From assembly GCA_947468275.1 (NCBI GenBank), contig CANIKO010000003.1, positions 157,193 to 221,192 of the forward strand: DNA of 64,000 nucleotides. Reading direction: 5' to 3'. Position 1 is the stretch's first letter. Each line of letters starts with the position of its first letter. Under the pieces are notes generated by a model. The model had not been told where the DNA came from, ran no database searches, and saw only the letters and a program-made list of their open reading frames with translations. The DNA is from Bacteroidota bacterium (GTDB lineage: Bacteria > Bacteroidota > Bacteroidia > NS11-12g > UBA9320). Positions 27,566 through 37,914 of the stretch are shown here, in pieces. The translations under genes and the position numbers were made by a program.

Positions 27566-28536
27566 TAGTCAAACGACTGATTGTGGGCATTTGATAATTT
27601 AAGAATTGCCTCATACTGCTCAGGACTTAAATCGCTGTAATAATAATTAGCAGGATTTACAGGGTCATTATTTTTCAATACTTCGTAATGAAGATGAGGG
27701 CCAGTGCTTTTACCTGTACTTCCAACATATCCAATTAGCTGACCGCGAGTTACTTTTTGGCCTCGCTTCACTTTAAATCTACTAAGGTGAGCATAGCGTG
27801 TTTTATAACCATATCCATGATTTATAATAATGCAATTTCCATAACCCCATTGTTTTGACTCTACCAATTCAACAACGCCATCACCCGTAGTTGTAACAGG
27901 GGTTCCTATTGGTGAAGTAAAATCCATACCGGCATGAAATTTCCCGGTTCTGTATATAGGGTCTATCCTAAATCCAAACCCTGAAGCCACACGCTTTAGA
28001 TCCTTATTGGAAACAGGCTGAATTGCTGGAATGCTCGTTAGCATGGCGTTTTTGGCCTTTGCTAATTTAGTTAATTCATCATAGGATTTGCTCTGGATAT
28101 ACATCCGTCGGTTTATTTGATCGAAGGATTCATGAAGCTCAACTAGATTTTTTGAATTGTCGAAATTTTTAAGGGCTTGATAGCGGTCGTTTCCACCGAT
28201 ACCAGCTTTACGAACTGCCTGATCAATAGGTGCCGCGCCAAATATTTCACGGTATATTTTATCATCCCGTTCTTCAAGGCTTGCTATCACAAGTTCTACC
28301 TTTTTTGATTTTTCATCCAATAAGTCGATTTGCATCTTATATTGTGCAATTTCGCGTTTCAATAATTTTTCTTTTGGTGAATCTAAAAAACTATACGCCA
28401 AAGAGAGAAATAGGAAGCCAGCTACCATAGATGCTGATATAAAGCCAAATACCCGCAACAATTTTACCCAAGCACTCGTTTTAACGTGCACATATTGGAG
28501 ATTGGTAGGGTCAAATCTATACTTGATTTTCTTCAA
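27565..28536 (-). CDS. M23 family metallopeptidase with an N-terminal TM segment and coiled-coil.
   Basis: 'FHAGMDF', 'GYVGSTGKSTGPHLHYEV' (HxH). Confidence 0.85.
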   Translation of the reverse strand: MKKIKYRFDPTNLQYVHVKTSAWVKLLRVFGFISASMVAGFLFLSLAYSFLDSPKEKLLKREIAQYKMQIDLLDEKSKKVELVIASLEERDDKIYREIFGAAPIDQAVRKAGIGGNDRYQALKNFDNSKNLVELHESFDQINRRMYIQSKSYDELTKLAKAKNAMLTSIPAIQPVSNKDLKRVASGFGFRIDPIYRTGKFHAGMDFTSPIGTPVTTTGDGVVELVESKQWGYGNCIIINHGYGYKTRYAHLSRFKVKRGQKVTRGQLIGYVGSTGKSTGPHLHYEVLKNNDPVNPANYYYSDLSPEQYEAILKLSNAHNQSFD

Positions 28537-28714
28537 CTATATTGGGTTTTGGTGTAATTTTGCGCTTTAGAAGAAAAAGCTTGGCGAAAATAAGTTTTTT
28601 AGCTAAAAAGAAAAAATATTAATTGATGAAATGCCCAAAAATGGCAGGTTCAAACTTATAAATAGTCCAATGGGCATTCCATATGGACTTAAAATAAAAG
28701 ATAGAAAATTACAT

Positions 28715-31339
28715 ATGAATTCCACCGAAATAAGACAAAAATTTTTAGATTTTTTTGAATCGAAAGGCCATAGAATAGTTTCTTCAGCACCCATTGTTGT
28801 CAAAAATGACCCTACGCTAATGTTCACTAATGCTGGAATGAACCAGTTTAAAGATTATTTTTTGGGCAATAAAACTGCCACCGAAAAACGAGTAGCGAAT
28901 ACTCAAAAATGCCTGCGAGTTTCGGGCAAACACAATGATTTGGAAGAGGTAGGAGTTGATACCTATCACCACACCATGTTCGAAATGCTAGGAAACTGGA
29001 GTTTCGGAGATTATTTTAAAAAAGAAGCTATTGAATGGGCCTGGGAATTATTAACGGAGGTTTATAATTTGGATAAAAATCGCTTGTATGTTACAGTTTT
29101 TGAAGGTAGTAAGGAGGATGATTTGGAATACGATTATGAATCCTACAAATATTGGGAACAATTCCTAGATAAAGACCGAATTTTAAATGGAAATAAAAAA
29201 GATAACTTTTGGGAAATGGGCGATACAGGCCCATGCGGTCCATGTAGTGAAATACACTATGATCTAAGAACCGATATGGAGCGTTTTGAAATTGATGGAA
29301 AAGCTTTGGTAAACAATGATCATCCGCAGGTAATTGAGATTTGGAACAATGTGTTTATGCAATATAACCGCAAAAGTGATGGAAGTTTAGAAAATTTACC
29401 AGATAAACATGTAGATACGGGAATGGGTTTTGAGCGTTTGGTAAGAGCCATACATAGTAAAAACTCCAATTACGATACGGATATTTTTTTGGATACCATC
29501 AATGAACTGGAGCGTATTTCAGGCAAAAATTATGGAGAAACGGAGAAGACAGATATTGCCTTTAGGGTAATTGCCGACCATATTCGGGCCATCAGTTTTA
29601 CCATAGCCGACGGGCAATTGCCTTCCAATAACGGAGCTGGTTATGTCATTCGCCGTATTTTAAGACGAGCCATCCGTTATGGATACAGTACGCTAGGATT
29701 CAAACAGGCAGAGATTTATAAATTAGTCATGCCATTGGCCAATAAATTTGAAACTGTTTTCCCTGAATTGTATGAGCAGCGGGAATTTGTGAGCAAAGTG
29801 ATTTTGGAGGAGGAGAAAACGTTTTTAAGCACTTTATCCAAAGGTTTGGAAATATTACACGGACTTTTTGCAAAAGAAGAAAGTAAAGTTATAGTAGGAT
29901 CGCATGCTTTCGAACTTTACGATACCTTTGGTTTTCCAATAGATTTAACAAAATTAATAGCTTCTGAAAATGGATTTACTGTGGATGAAAAAGGGTTTGA
30001 AGAAGAACTTTTAAAGCAGAAAACCCGCAGCCGAAAGGATGCTGAAAAAACTACAGGGGACTGGAACATAATAGTGGAAGATGAAGACCAAGAATTTATT
30101 GGTTATGATTTTACCGAAGCTACCTTAAAAATTTGCAGATACCGAACGGTAAATGCCAAAGGGAAAAACAGTTTTCAGGCGGTCTTTACTGTTACTCCAT
30201 TTTATGCCGAAAGTGGCGGACAGGTGGGGGATTCGGGTATATTAATTGGTTTGGAAAACGAAGAAAAAATTACGGTGTTGGATACTACCAAAGAAAACAA
30301 TTTGATTATCCATACACTTGAAAAATTACCAACCAATCTAGCCCAAATATTTCAGGCCAAAATTAATATCACTCGTCGGCAAGATATTACAAAAAATCAC
30401 TCGGCGACTCACCTACTTCATGCTGCTTTAAAAGAAGTTTTGGGTAATCATATTGCCCAAAAAGGGTCACTGGTGGAGCCGGAACGATTGCGTTTTGATT
30501 TTTCACATTTTGCCAAAATAGGAGACAATGAATTATTGAAAATATCAACCATTGTAAAGCAAAAGATTGTTGAAAATATTGCCCTTGATGAAAAACGCGA
30601 TGTGCCTATTGAAATTGCCAAAGGAATGGGAGCAACGGCTTTGTTTGGTGAAAAATATGGTGATACAGTTCGGGTTATTATATTCGACCAAAACTACTCT
30701 ATGGAATTGTGTGGAGGTACCCATGTGAAAAATACTGGTGAAATTGGAAGTATGGTTATTACTGCTGAAACTGCAGTGGCTGCAGGTGTTCGACGCATTG
30801 AAGCCATTACAGGAGTAAAAGCAGACGAATATATTGCGCAAAAATTGGAAGTTTTGGAGCAAGTTAAATTTGCACTCTCCAATCCAGCTGATGTTTTAAA
30901 AACCATTAACCAATTAATAGCTGAAAACTACAGTTTAAAAAAGCAACTGGAAACCTATGAGTTGGAAAAAACTGCCGGTTTAAAAACTACTTTAAAGCAA
31001 AATATTACTTCAGCCAATGGTATCAATTATTTGATACAAACTATTGATATTGCCAATGCCGATAGATTAAAAGATTTATGTTTTCAACTAAAAAATGAAA
31101 CCGAAAACTTGTTTGCAGTATTGGGTTGTGTTATTAATGATAAGCCTTTGCTTTCTATCACCATCAGTGAAAATTTAGTAACCGAAAAAGGCTGGAATGC
31201 CGGACAACTTATCCGTGACTGGGCCAAGGAAATAGATGGAGGAGGAGGTGGTCAGCCATTTTTTGCGACTGCAGGTGGTAAGAAAAAAGAAGGGTTGAAT
31301 AGTGCTTTGGAATTGGCAAAAAAGTTTGTTTTGGATTAG
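28715..31339 (+). CDS. alaS: Alanine--tRNA ligase.
   Basis: 'MNSTEIRQKFLDFFESKGH', 'FTNAGMNQFK', 'HHTMFEMLGNWSFGDYFK', a C-terminal 'HSATHLLH' editing domain and a 'GGGGG' DHHA1 tail. The start is taken at the ATG at 28715 rather than the upstream in-frame Met at 28631. Confidence 0.95.
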   Translation: MNSTEIRQKFLDFFESKGHRIVSSAPIVVKNDPTLMFTNAGMNQFKDYFLGNKTATEKRVANTQKCLRVSGKHNDLEEVGVDTYHHTMFEMLGNWSFGDYFKKEAIEWAWELLTEVYNLDKNRLYVTVFEGSKEDDLEYDYESYKYWEQFLDKDRILNGNKKDNFWEMGDTGPCGPCSEIHYDLRTDMERFEIDGKALVNNDHPQVIEIWNNVFMQYNRKSDGSLENLPDKHVDTGMGFERLVRAIHSKNSNYDTDIFLDTINELERISGKNYGETEKTDIAFRVIADHIRAISFTIADGQLPSNNGAGYVIRRILRRAIRYGYSTLGFKQAEIYKLVMPLANKFETVFPELYEQREFVSKVILEEEKTFLSTLSKGLEILHGLFAKEESKVIVGSHAFELYDTFGFPIDLTKLIASENGFTVDEKGFEEELLKQKTRSRKDAEKTTGDWNIIVEDEDQEFIGYDFTEATLKICRYRTVNAKGKNSFQAVFTVTPFYAESGGQVGDSGILIGLENEEKITVLDTTKENNLIIHTLEKLPTNLAQIFQAKINITRRQDITKNHSATHLLHAALKEVLGNHIAQKGSLVEPERLRFDFSHFAKIGDNELLKISTIVKQKIVENIALDEKRDVPIEIAKGMGATALFGEKYGDTVRVIIFDQNYSMELCGGTHVKNTGEIGSMVITAETAVAAGVRRIEAITGVKADEYIAQKLEVLEQVKFALSNPADVLKTINQLIAENYSLKKQLETYELEKTAGLKTTLKQNITSANGINYLIQTIDIANADRLKDLCFQLKNETENLFAVLGCVINDKPLLSITISENLVTEKGWNAGQLIRDWAKEIDGGGGGQPFFATAGGKKKEGLNSALELAKKFVLD

Positions 31340-31530
31340 CCCCCTCAGGTTATGGAAAAACGACTTGTCCGTTTTTTTTTATTTTGTCAGAACACTAATT
31401 TGATCCCCTAAAATATCATTAGTTTAATATACAGAAATGACGCATTGACAAAGCCAAATCACGCTTTTGTAAAATTATATTTGGTAATTTCTGAAAATCT
31501 ATTACTTTCGAGGTTAAATTAATAGATTAT

Positions 31531-32340
31531 ATGGACTATAAATTTAAGAAAATCCTGATTGGTTATGACGATTCTCGTGCTTCTCAAGTGGCCTTAGATA
31601 AGGCTCTTCAAACTTGTAAAGCCTTTGGCTCAGACCTTTATGTTGTAAATGTAAAAACAGCAAAATCAACCCAAGGCGAGTTTAGTGCTATTGTAAATGA
31701 AAAAGCTCTTCAATATAGAGTTAAGGCTCATTACATAGAACGGCGAGGAACGGTGAGCAAAGAAATAGCAGGAGCCGAACGTGATCTTGGAGCCGATCTT
31801 ATTTTTATGGGAGCCCATGGTAAGAAAGGCTTTCAGCCGTATTGGATAGGAAGCAATGCTGGACGAGTAGTAAGTGCTTCATCTTGTCCCGTAATAACAG
31901 TTCATGAAGATGCTGCTAGCATGAGTTTTTTAAATTTAATACTTCCTTTGGATGATAGTATCGAAACCCGTCAAAAGGTGCCATACGCAGTGGTCATGGC
32001 TAAAGGATTCAATGCTACCATACATATTTTAGCCGTTAGTAAGGATAAGAGCGAGGAAACTAAACGTCTTATTACTGCCTACCTGCGCCAAACAGAAATA
32101 TATTTTGATGAACGAAATGTAAGATATACAGTCGAATTGCGGCAAGGAAATAATGTTCCTCAGGCATGCATCGATTATGCATTGGAAAAAAAAGCCGGAA
32201 TGATAATGATGATGACTGGAACTGAAAGTTCCAATTGGTTTATGGGTACATATGCTCAACAATTAATAAATCATTCTCCTATTCCAATTTGTTCGATTCA
32301 CAGTCGGGATATGCTTTTGGCTGGAGCTGCAGGGTATTAA
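31531..32340 (+). CDS. Universal stress protein (tandem UspA domains).
   Basis: 'KKILIGYDDSRASQVAL' and '...DLIFMGAHGKKG...' repeated in a second half. Confidence 0.75.
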   Translation: MDYKFKKILIGYDDSRASQVALDKALQTCKAFGSDLYVVNVKTAKSTQGEFSAIVNEKALQYRVKAHYIERRGTVSKEIAGAERDLGADLIFMGAHGKKGFQPYWIGSNAGRVVSASSCPVITVHEDAASMSFLNLILPLDDSIETRQKVPYAVVMAKGFNATIHILAVSKDKSEETKRLITAYLRQTEIYFDERNVRYTVELRQGNNVPQACIDYALEKKAGMIMMMTGTESSNWFMGTYAQQLINHSPIPICSIHSRDMLLAGAAGY

Positions 32341-32383
32341 TAAAACCTGCGCTAAATTCTTTTTAACTTGGAATTTACCGCAA

Positions 32384-33166
32384 TTATTTGCTCATAGGAA
32401 CTTCCGCATTTCCTCTGATGATCAATCCCGCTGCTGGCTGAGCAGTTGGCATTATTACGAGATCATTAATGTTAACATTTGGATTACGGCTAATACACCA
32501 TAATATAGCCTCAGCAATATCATCCGCCACTAAGTTTTCAAATCCTTCATACACCTTTGCCGCCTTGTTTTCATCTCCTTTAAATCGTACCAATGAGAAC
32601 TCAGTTTCCACAGCGCCAGGATGAATACCCGTTACTCGAATATTATTTTCTGCCAATTCGCGACGCATTGATTTGGTAAGTGCATCCACAGCGTGTTTGG
32701 TGCCGCAATAAACGTTTCCGTTAGGATATATTTCTTTAGCAGCGATACTGCCAATATTAATTATATGCCCTGTTTTTCGAGCCACCATTAATGGCATCAC
32801 CATTCGTGAAACATACAAAAGGCCTTTAATGTTGGTGTCGACCATTTCGTCCCAGTCATCTAAGTTGCCTTCAGCAAAGTTATTTAATCCTGCCGCAAGT
32901 CCGGCGTTATTTACCAAAACATCAATATTTTTCCATTCTGCTGGTAATGAATTTACAAAAGATTCAACTTCCCCTCTGTTCCTTACATCCACAACTTTAG
33001 CCACAACTTTAACTCCCAAAGCGGAAAGTTCGTCACTTACATCAATTAATTTATCAGCCCGACGGCCACAAATTATTAAATTATAACCCGAATGTGCTAA
33101 TTGTTTGGCAGTGGCTCTTCCTATTCCAGCCGTTGCTCCTGTTACCATTGCTATTTTTGATGTCAT
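32384..33166 (-). CDS. SDR-family NADP-dependent oxidoreductase (YdfG-like).
   Basis: 'MVTGATAGIGRATAKQL', 'NNAG', 'YCGTKHAV'. Confidence 0.85.
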   Translation of the reverse strand: MTSKIAMVTGATAGIGRATAKQLAHSGYNLIICGRRADKLIDVSDELSALGVKVVAKVVDVRNRGEVESFVNSLPAEWKNIDVLVNNAGLAAGLNNFAEGNLDDWDEMVDTNIKGLLYVSRMVMPLMVARKTGHIINIGSIAAKEIYPNGNVYCGTKHAVDALTKSMRRELAENNIRVTGIHPGAVETEFSLVRFKGDENKAAKVYEGFENLVADDIAEAILWCISRNPNVNINDLVIMPTAQPAAGLIIRGNAEVPMSK

Positions 33167-33248
33167 TGAATATTATTTATTTTTATTGGTGATAATCATT
33201 TTTGGGATTGCGAAATTAAAGATTAAAATTTGCATTGGTAAAAATCTT

Positions 33249-33608
33249 ATGGCATATCACACCACACACAACGAACATTATATTCTTTTAGAACCCGAAC
33301 ACGAGTATTTAGAAATTGAAGACCTTGATGATATTATCAGTCAAATTTTAGGTGATTTTTCGGAAGTTGGTTATGTTATATTTTATCTTGGAACCTTGGA
33401 TTATTTTAATCAAGACGATATGGAACAAATGATATTTTTAAATGAAGAATTAGATGCTAAAGGTGGATATTTATTGATAGTAAGCGGTTCTGAAAATATT
33501 GCAGAACAAATGAAAGATAAGATTAATATAAGTGCTTCAATCGACGAAGCGATTGATACCATTGAATCAGAATGGTTAGATAGTGATTTGTTTTCAGAAG
33601 AAAGTTAG
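33249..33608 (+). CDS. Hypothetical small acidic protein (~119 aa) immediately upstream of rnz.
   Basis: The ORF is clear of the convergent SDR gene only from the ATG at 33249. No motifs recognised. Confidence 0.35.
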   Translation: MAYHTTHNEHYILLEPEHEYLEIEDLDDIISQILGDFSEVGYVIFYLGTLDYFNQDDMEQMIFLNEELDAKGGYLLIVSGSENIAEQMKDKINISASIDEAIDTIESEWLDSDLFSEES

Positions 33609-33611
33609 ACG

Positions 33612-34523
33612 TTGGAAAGCAGGCTTACCATATTGGGTTGTGGCTCGGCGGCTCCATCGCTGTTGAGGGCTAATACTGCCCAAATTTTGGAGATGGCGGG
33701 TAAAGTGATTTTGATTGATTGTGGTGAAGGTACTCAATGGCAAATGCTGAAACGAAAAATCAGCGCATTTAGAATTGATATTATTTTTATAAGTCATTTG
33801 CACGGTGATCATTATCTCGGATTGCCAGGATTACTTAATACATTATCGCTCTATAGTCGAGAAAAGCCTTTAAAGATTTTTGGCCCAAAGGGTATTAAAA
33901 GTTTGTTGTTTCATAATTTTAAACAAGCGGAAATTTTTCCGAATTATGAAGTAACGGTAGTCGAGATAAATTCAAAAAAGAAGCAAAAGGTTTATAAAGA
34001 AGATGAATTGTCTGTAACCGCAATACCTCTGCAACACAGGGTTCCTTGCTATGGATATCATTTTGAGCAAAATCACTATTCGTTAAAAATTAACAAGGAG
34101 AAATGTGATAGTGCTTACTTAAGTTTTGATGCAATAAAGGCGTTTAAAAATGCAAATGATTTTATTACTGACGATAAAAAGTATTTTTATAAGGATTTTA
34201 CTTCGCCTTATCGGTTCAAAAAAGCCTATACCTTTATTACAGATACTTTGTTCTTGCCTCAATTAGCTTCCCTTTTTCCTGAAACCGATATACTTTACCA
34301 CGAATCTACTTATTTGAACAATCTTTTGGACAAGGCCATTACTACCTTTCACAGCACGGCCTTGCAAGCTGCGGAAATGGCCAAATTGTGCAATGCTAAG
34401 TTGCTAATTTTAGGTCACTTTTCTTCACGTTATGCTCACACCGATGAACTGTTGGCCGAAGCTAGAACAATATTCCCTAATACTGAACTTGCCGAAGATG
34501 GTAAATTGTTTATAATAAAATAA
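33612..34523 (+). CDS. rnz: Ribonuclease Z (metallo-beta-lactamase fold).
   Basis: 'ILGCGSAAPS', 'HLHGDHYLGLPGLL', 'DTLF...HESTY'. Apparent TTG start. Confidence 0.8.
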   Translation: MESRLTILGCGSAAPSLLRANTAQILEMAGKVILIDCGEGTQWQMLKRKISAFRIDIIFISHLHGDHYLGLPGLLNTLSLYSREKPLKIFGPKGIKSLLFHNFKQAEIFPNYEVTVVEINSKKKQKVYKEDELSVTAIPLQHRVPCYGYHFEQNHYSLKINKEKCDSAYLSFDAIKAFKNANDFITDDKKYFYKDFTSPYRFKKAYTFITDTLFLPQLASLFPETDILYHESTYLNNLLDKAITTFHSTALQAAEMAKLCNAKLLILGHFSSRYAHTDELLAEARTIFPNTELAEDGKLFIIK

Positions 34524-34598
34524 ACGGTTATCCACAAACGTTCTTCTAATTACCCACTCATTTATAACTAAAGGTAAGTTTATATTTGGTGGTTATAG

Positions 34599-37127
34599 AT
34601 GACCAAATACGATAAAGACATGAGAAGCCCTGGTAAGGTATTGGATGATTTTGAAAATGAATTGAAACCTGCATCAAGAACCAAACCGAGAGTTTCAAAG
34701 ACCCCAAAGTCCAAAACAAAATCAGAGCCTTCGTTTACCAGCAAAGATTTTAGTGATATAGTTTTGTTAAAAGACGATACCACTCGAAAAATAATTGGTA
34801 TTCTGTTGATTTGTTTTTCATTGTTTTCGGCTGGAGCATTGCTCTCATTTGCTCTTTATTGGAAAACCGACCTAAGCCTTTTGCAGGGGGAGGTTTCAGA
34901 CCCGTTTCAAATTGGAAATAATTTTGATATAAAAAATTGGATGGGCGTGTTGGGTGCTAAATTCGGATACATATTTATGTATAAAGGATTTGGTTTATTA
35001 TCATTACTTGTTCCCGTATTTGCTATGCATTTTGGTCTCATTTTATTAGTTGACAAAAAAATAATTAACCCTGTAAATTGGTTGAAATACATAGCCACTT
35101 TAGGTGTTTGGTTTATGCTAGCCACCGGTTCGTTGTTTCATGGTTTTAGTCCCATTTTGGGAGGTGGTGTTGGTTTTTGGATGTTTGATTCTATTCGTGA
35201 AATGATTGGTTTATTTGGTGCTATACTTATTTTGTTGGTTTCAGCCTATGCAATTATGTGGTTAATTTTCAACTATGAACCCATTGGTATTAAAAATTAT
35301 GCTCAAAAATTAATACCTGGAATGGTAAAACCTGTTTCTGCACATTATGAAGATGACGGTGATACTCAAATATATTCAGGGGATACATTGTTTGAAAAAG
35401 ATAGAATTGAATTGGATAATTTTGAGGATGAAGATGAGAAGGAAGCTCCTGAATTTAGTTTTACAATTGTTGATGATAAAGGTAAAAAGAAAGATACTGT
35501 CGAACCGGAATTGTCATTAGTAGTAAATGATATAGCTGCCGAACCCGAACCTCCGGTAATAATTGAAGAAAAGAAAGAAATCATATCCGATGAACATTAT
35601 GGCATTGATACACCTTTTGATCCAAGACTTGATTTAAGAGATTATCAGTTTCCAGAAATTGATTTTTTAAATGATTATGGCGGAGAAGGGCAAAGAGAGG
35701 TGACAATGGAGGAACTGGAAAAAAGCAAAAATATGATTGTTGAAACCCTTAAAAATTACAACATAAGTATTTCTAGCATTAAAGCTACCACAGGGCCTAC
35801 CGTTACTTTATTTGAAATTGTTCCATCGGCGGGAGTTAAAATTTCAAGAATTAAAAATTTAGAAGATGATATTGCCTTAAGTCTTGCTGCGTTAGGCATT
35901 CGGATAATTGCGCCAATACCCGGAAAGGGAACAATAGGTATTGAAGTGCCTAATAAAAACCCGAAAATAGTTTCGATGAAATCAATGCTTATGAGCCCTA
36001 AATTTCAAAAAGCAGAAATGGATTTGCCAGTCTGTTTGGGAAAAACAATTTCAAACGAAGTGTTTGTTTCTGATTTGACAAAAATGCCCCATCTATTAAT
36101 GGCAGGTGCCACAGGACAAGGAAAGTCAGTTGGTTTAAATGCTTTATTAGTTTCACTTTTATACAAAAAACATCCGGCTGAATTGAAATTTATTTTGGTG
36201 GATCCTAAAAAAGTAGAACTCACACTTTTTAGAACTATTGAACGGCACTACTTAGCTAAACTTCCTGGAGATGGTGAAGCAGTAATTACAGATAATAAAC
36301 AAGTTATTACTACCTTAAAATCACTTTGCCTAGAAATGGACAACCGATATGAATTGTTGCAATGGGCGATGGTTAGAAATATTAAAGAATACAATGCTAA
36401 ATTTATAAGTCGAAAACTTAACCCGACGGAAGGCCATCGATTTTTGCCATATATTGTTGTAATTATTGATGAGGTAGCTGATTTAATAATGACAGCTGGA
36501 AAAGAAGTGGAACATCCTATTAGCCGACTTGCTCAGTTAGCAAGAGCTATTGGAATACACCTAGTCCTCGCCACTCAGCGACCGTCTGTAAATATTATTA
36601 CGGGAACCATTAAAGCGAATTTTCCTGCCAGAATTGCATTTCGAGTGACATCAAAAATTGACAGTCGCACTATTTTAGATGCCAACGGCGCTGATCAATT
36701 GGTAGGCCGAGGCGATATGTTATTTTCAAATGGAAATGATTTAATACGTTTACAATGTCCATTTGTTGATACTCCTGAAGTCGAAAAAATTACGTCTTTT
36801 ATCGGTTCGCAGCGCGGATATTCTCAAGCCTATGTTTTGCCAAAAGTAGCTGATGAAGATGGTGAAACGGATATTGATGATATGGCTCCTGACGACTGGG
36901 ACAGTTTGTTTGAAGATGCTGCAAGGGTAATTGTAAATAGCCAGCAAGGAAGTACCTCCTTGCTCCAGCGAAAAATGAAAATTGGATATAATCGTGCAGG
37001 ACGCTTGATAGATCAAATGGAAATTGCTAATATTGTGGGCCCTTTTAAGGGTAGTCAGGCAAGGGAAGTCTTGATAAAAGACGAAGCCAGTCTGGAATAC
37101 ATATTGCAAGAGATATTAAAGAAATGA
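34599..37127 (+). CDS. ftsK: DNA translocase FtsK/SpoIIIE.
   Basis: TM N-domain. Walker A 'AGATGQGKSVGLN'. 'VVIIDEVADLIM'. Gamma domain 'STSLLQRKMKIGYNRAGRLIDQME'. Confidence 0.9.
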   Translation: MTKYDKDMRSPGKVLDDFENELKPASRTKPRVSKTPKSKTKSEPSFTSKDFSDIVLLKDDTTRKIIGILLICFSLFSAGALLSFALYWKTDLSLLQGEVSDPFQIGNNFDIKNWMGVLGAKFGYIFMYKGFGLLSLLVPVFAMHFGLILLVDKKIINPVNWLKYIATLGVWFMLATGSLFHGFSPILGGGVGFWMFDSIREMIGLFGAILILLVSAYAIMWLIFNYEPIGIKNYAQKLIPGMVKPVSAHYEDDGDTQIYSGDTLFEKDRIELDNFEDEDEKEAPEFSFTIVDDKGKKKDTVEPELSLVVNDIAAEPEPPVIIEEKKEIISDEHYGIDTPFDPRLDLRDYQFPEIDFLNDYGGEGQREVTMEELEKSKNMIVETLKNYNISISSIKATTGPTVTLFEIVPSAGVKISRIKNLEDDIALSLAALGIRIIAPIPGKGTIGIEVPNKNPKIVSMKSMLMSPKFQKAEMDLPVCLGKTISNEVFVSDLTKMPHLLMAGATGQGKSVGLNALLVSLLYKKHPAELKFILVDPKKVELTLFRTIERHYLAKLPGDGEAVITDNKQVITTLKSLCLEMDNRYELLQWAMVRNIKEYNAKFISRKLNPTEGHRFLPYIVVIIDEVADLIMTAGKEVEHPISRLAQLARAIGIHLVLATQRPSVNIITGTIKANFPARIAFRVTSKIDSRTILDANGADQLVGRGDMLFSNGNDLIRLQCPFVDTPEVEKITSFIGSQRGYSQAYVLPKVADEDGETDIDDMAPDDWDSLFEDAARVIVNSQQGSTSLLQRKMKIGYNRAGRLIDQMEIANIVGPFKGSQAREVLIKDEASLEYILQEILKK

Positions 37128-37804
37128 ACATGAAAGCCTCTGAAAAAAAATTATCATTTCGTTCAATAATGCACGTCGCATTAATTGTAACGATTGTTCT
37201 GACTTCAGCCTTTGTTTTATCAAATGACAAAGAGGCAAGTCAGATTTTAGATAAAGTAAGCAAAAATTATAGGTCTTACAAAACGATTAAAGCATCATTT
37301 AAAATTAAAATTTTTAATAAACAGGAGAAAAGTTCACAATCTGAAAAGGGAACCTTGTTTGTAAAAGGGAAAAAATTTAGAGTGGAAATGGATGGACAGG
37401 AAATTTATTGTGATGGGAAAACGATGTGGACTTATTTGAAAGATGCCAATGAAGTTCAAATAAGCAATTATAATCCTAAAAGTTCTGACATTAACCCAAG
37501 TGAAATTTTTACCGTATATGAAAAAGGGTTTTTATCTAAATTTATTGGTGAAGGTAAAAAAGGAACTGTAATTACAGAGCAAATAGAACTTACGCCAACG
37601 GATAAAAAGAAGCCATTTTTTAAAGTAAAACTTACCATAGATAAAGTAGCTAAAAAAATACTTGATATGACTGTAATGAATAAAAATGGGGTTGAATCAT
37701 TATATGAAATTACTGGGTTTAGTCCAAATATTAATTTGGAAGATTCGTATTTTAAATTTGATAAAAAGTTAAAACCAGGTGTGGTTGAAATAGATCTGCG
37801 ATAA
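37124..37804 (+). CDS. lolA: LolA-like outer-membrane lipoprotein carrier protein.
   Basis: Signal/TM, ~225 aa. Lies in the conserved Bacteroidota ftsK-lolA arrangement, with a 4-nt ATGA overlap. Confidence 0.65.
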   Translation: MNMKASEKKLSFRSIMHVALIVTIVLTSAFVLSNDKEASQILDKVSKNYRSYKTIKASFKIKIFNKQEKSSQSEKGTLFVKGKKFRVEMDGQEIYCDGKTMWTYLKDANEVQISNYNPKSSDINPSEIFTVYEKGFLSKFIGEGKKGTVITEQIELTPTDKKKPFFKVKLTIDKVAKKILDMTVMNKNGVESLYEITGFSPNINLEDSYFKFDKKLKPGVVEIDLR

Positions 37805-37826
37805 AAATATTTAATCATAATTTGGT

Positions 37827-37863
37827 AAAACCTCATCTTGTCAAGATGGGGTTTTATTTTTTT
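37827..37863 (+). terminator. Rho-independent terminator after lolA.
   Basis: 'aaaacctcatc-ttgtca-agatggggtttt' plus 'atttttttt'. Confidence 0.6.
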
Positions 37864-37914
37864 ACGAATTCAAAAAAATATTTGGCTTGATAATCCGTTA
37901 AATTCCCTTTACGT

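Noticed and set aside
28631-28714. Upstream in-frame Met extending alaS by 28 codons.
   Set aside because: The extension ('MPKNGRFKLINSPMGIPYGLKIKDRKLH') has no AlaS homology as I know the family. The canonical N-terminus 'MNSTEIRQKF' begins at the ATG at 28715.
28603-28827. 74-aa minus-strand ORF overlapping the alaS 5' end.
   Set aside because: It overlaps the well-supported alaS start region and has no motif or signal, so it is a shadow ORF.
33105-33248. Longer 167-aa version of the small acidic ORF.
   Set aside because: Its 5' portion overlaps the convergent SDR gene and is hydrophobic and low-complexity. The start at 33249 is clear of the SDR gene.
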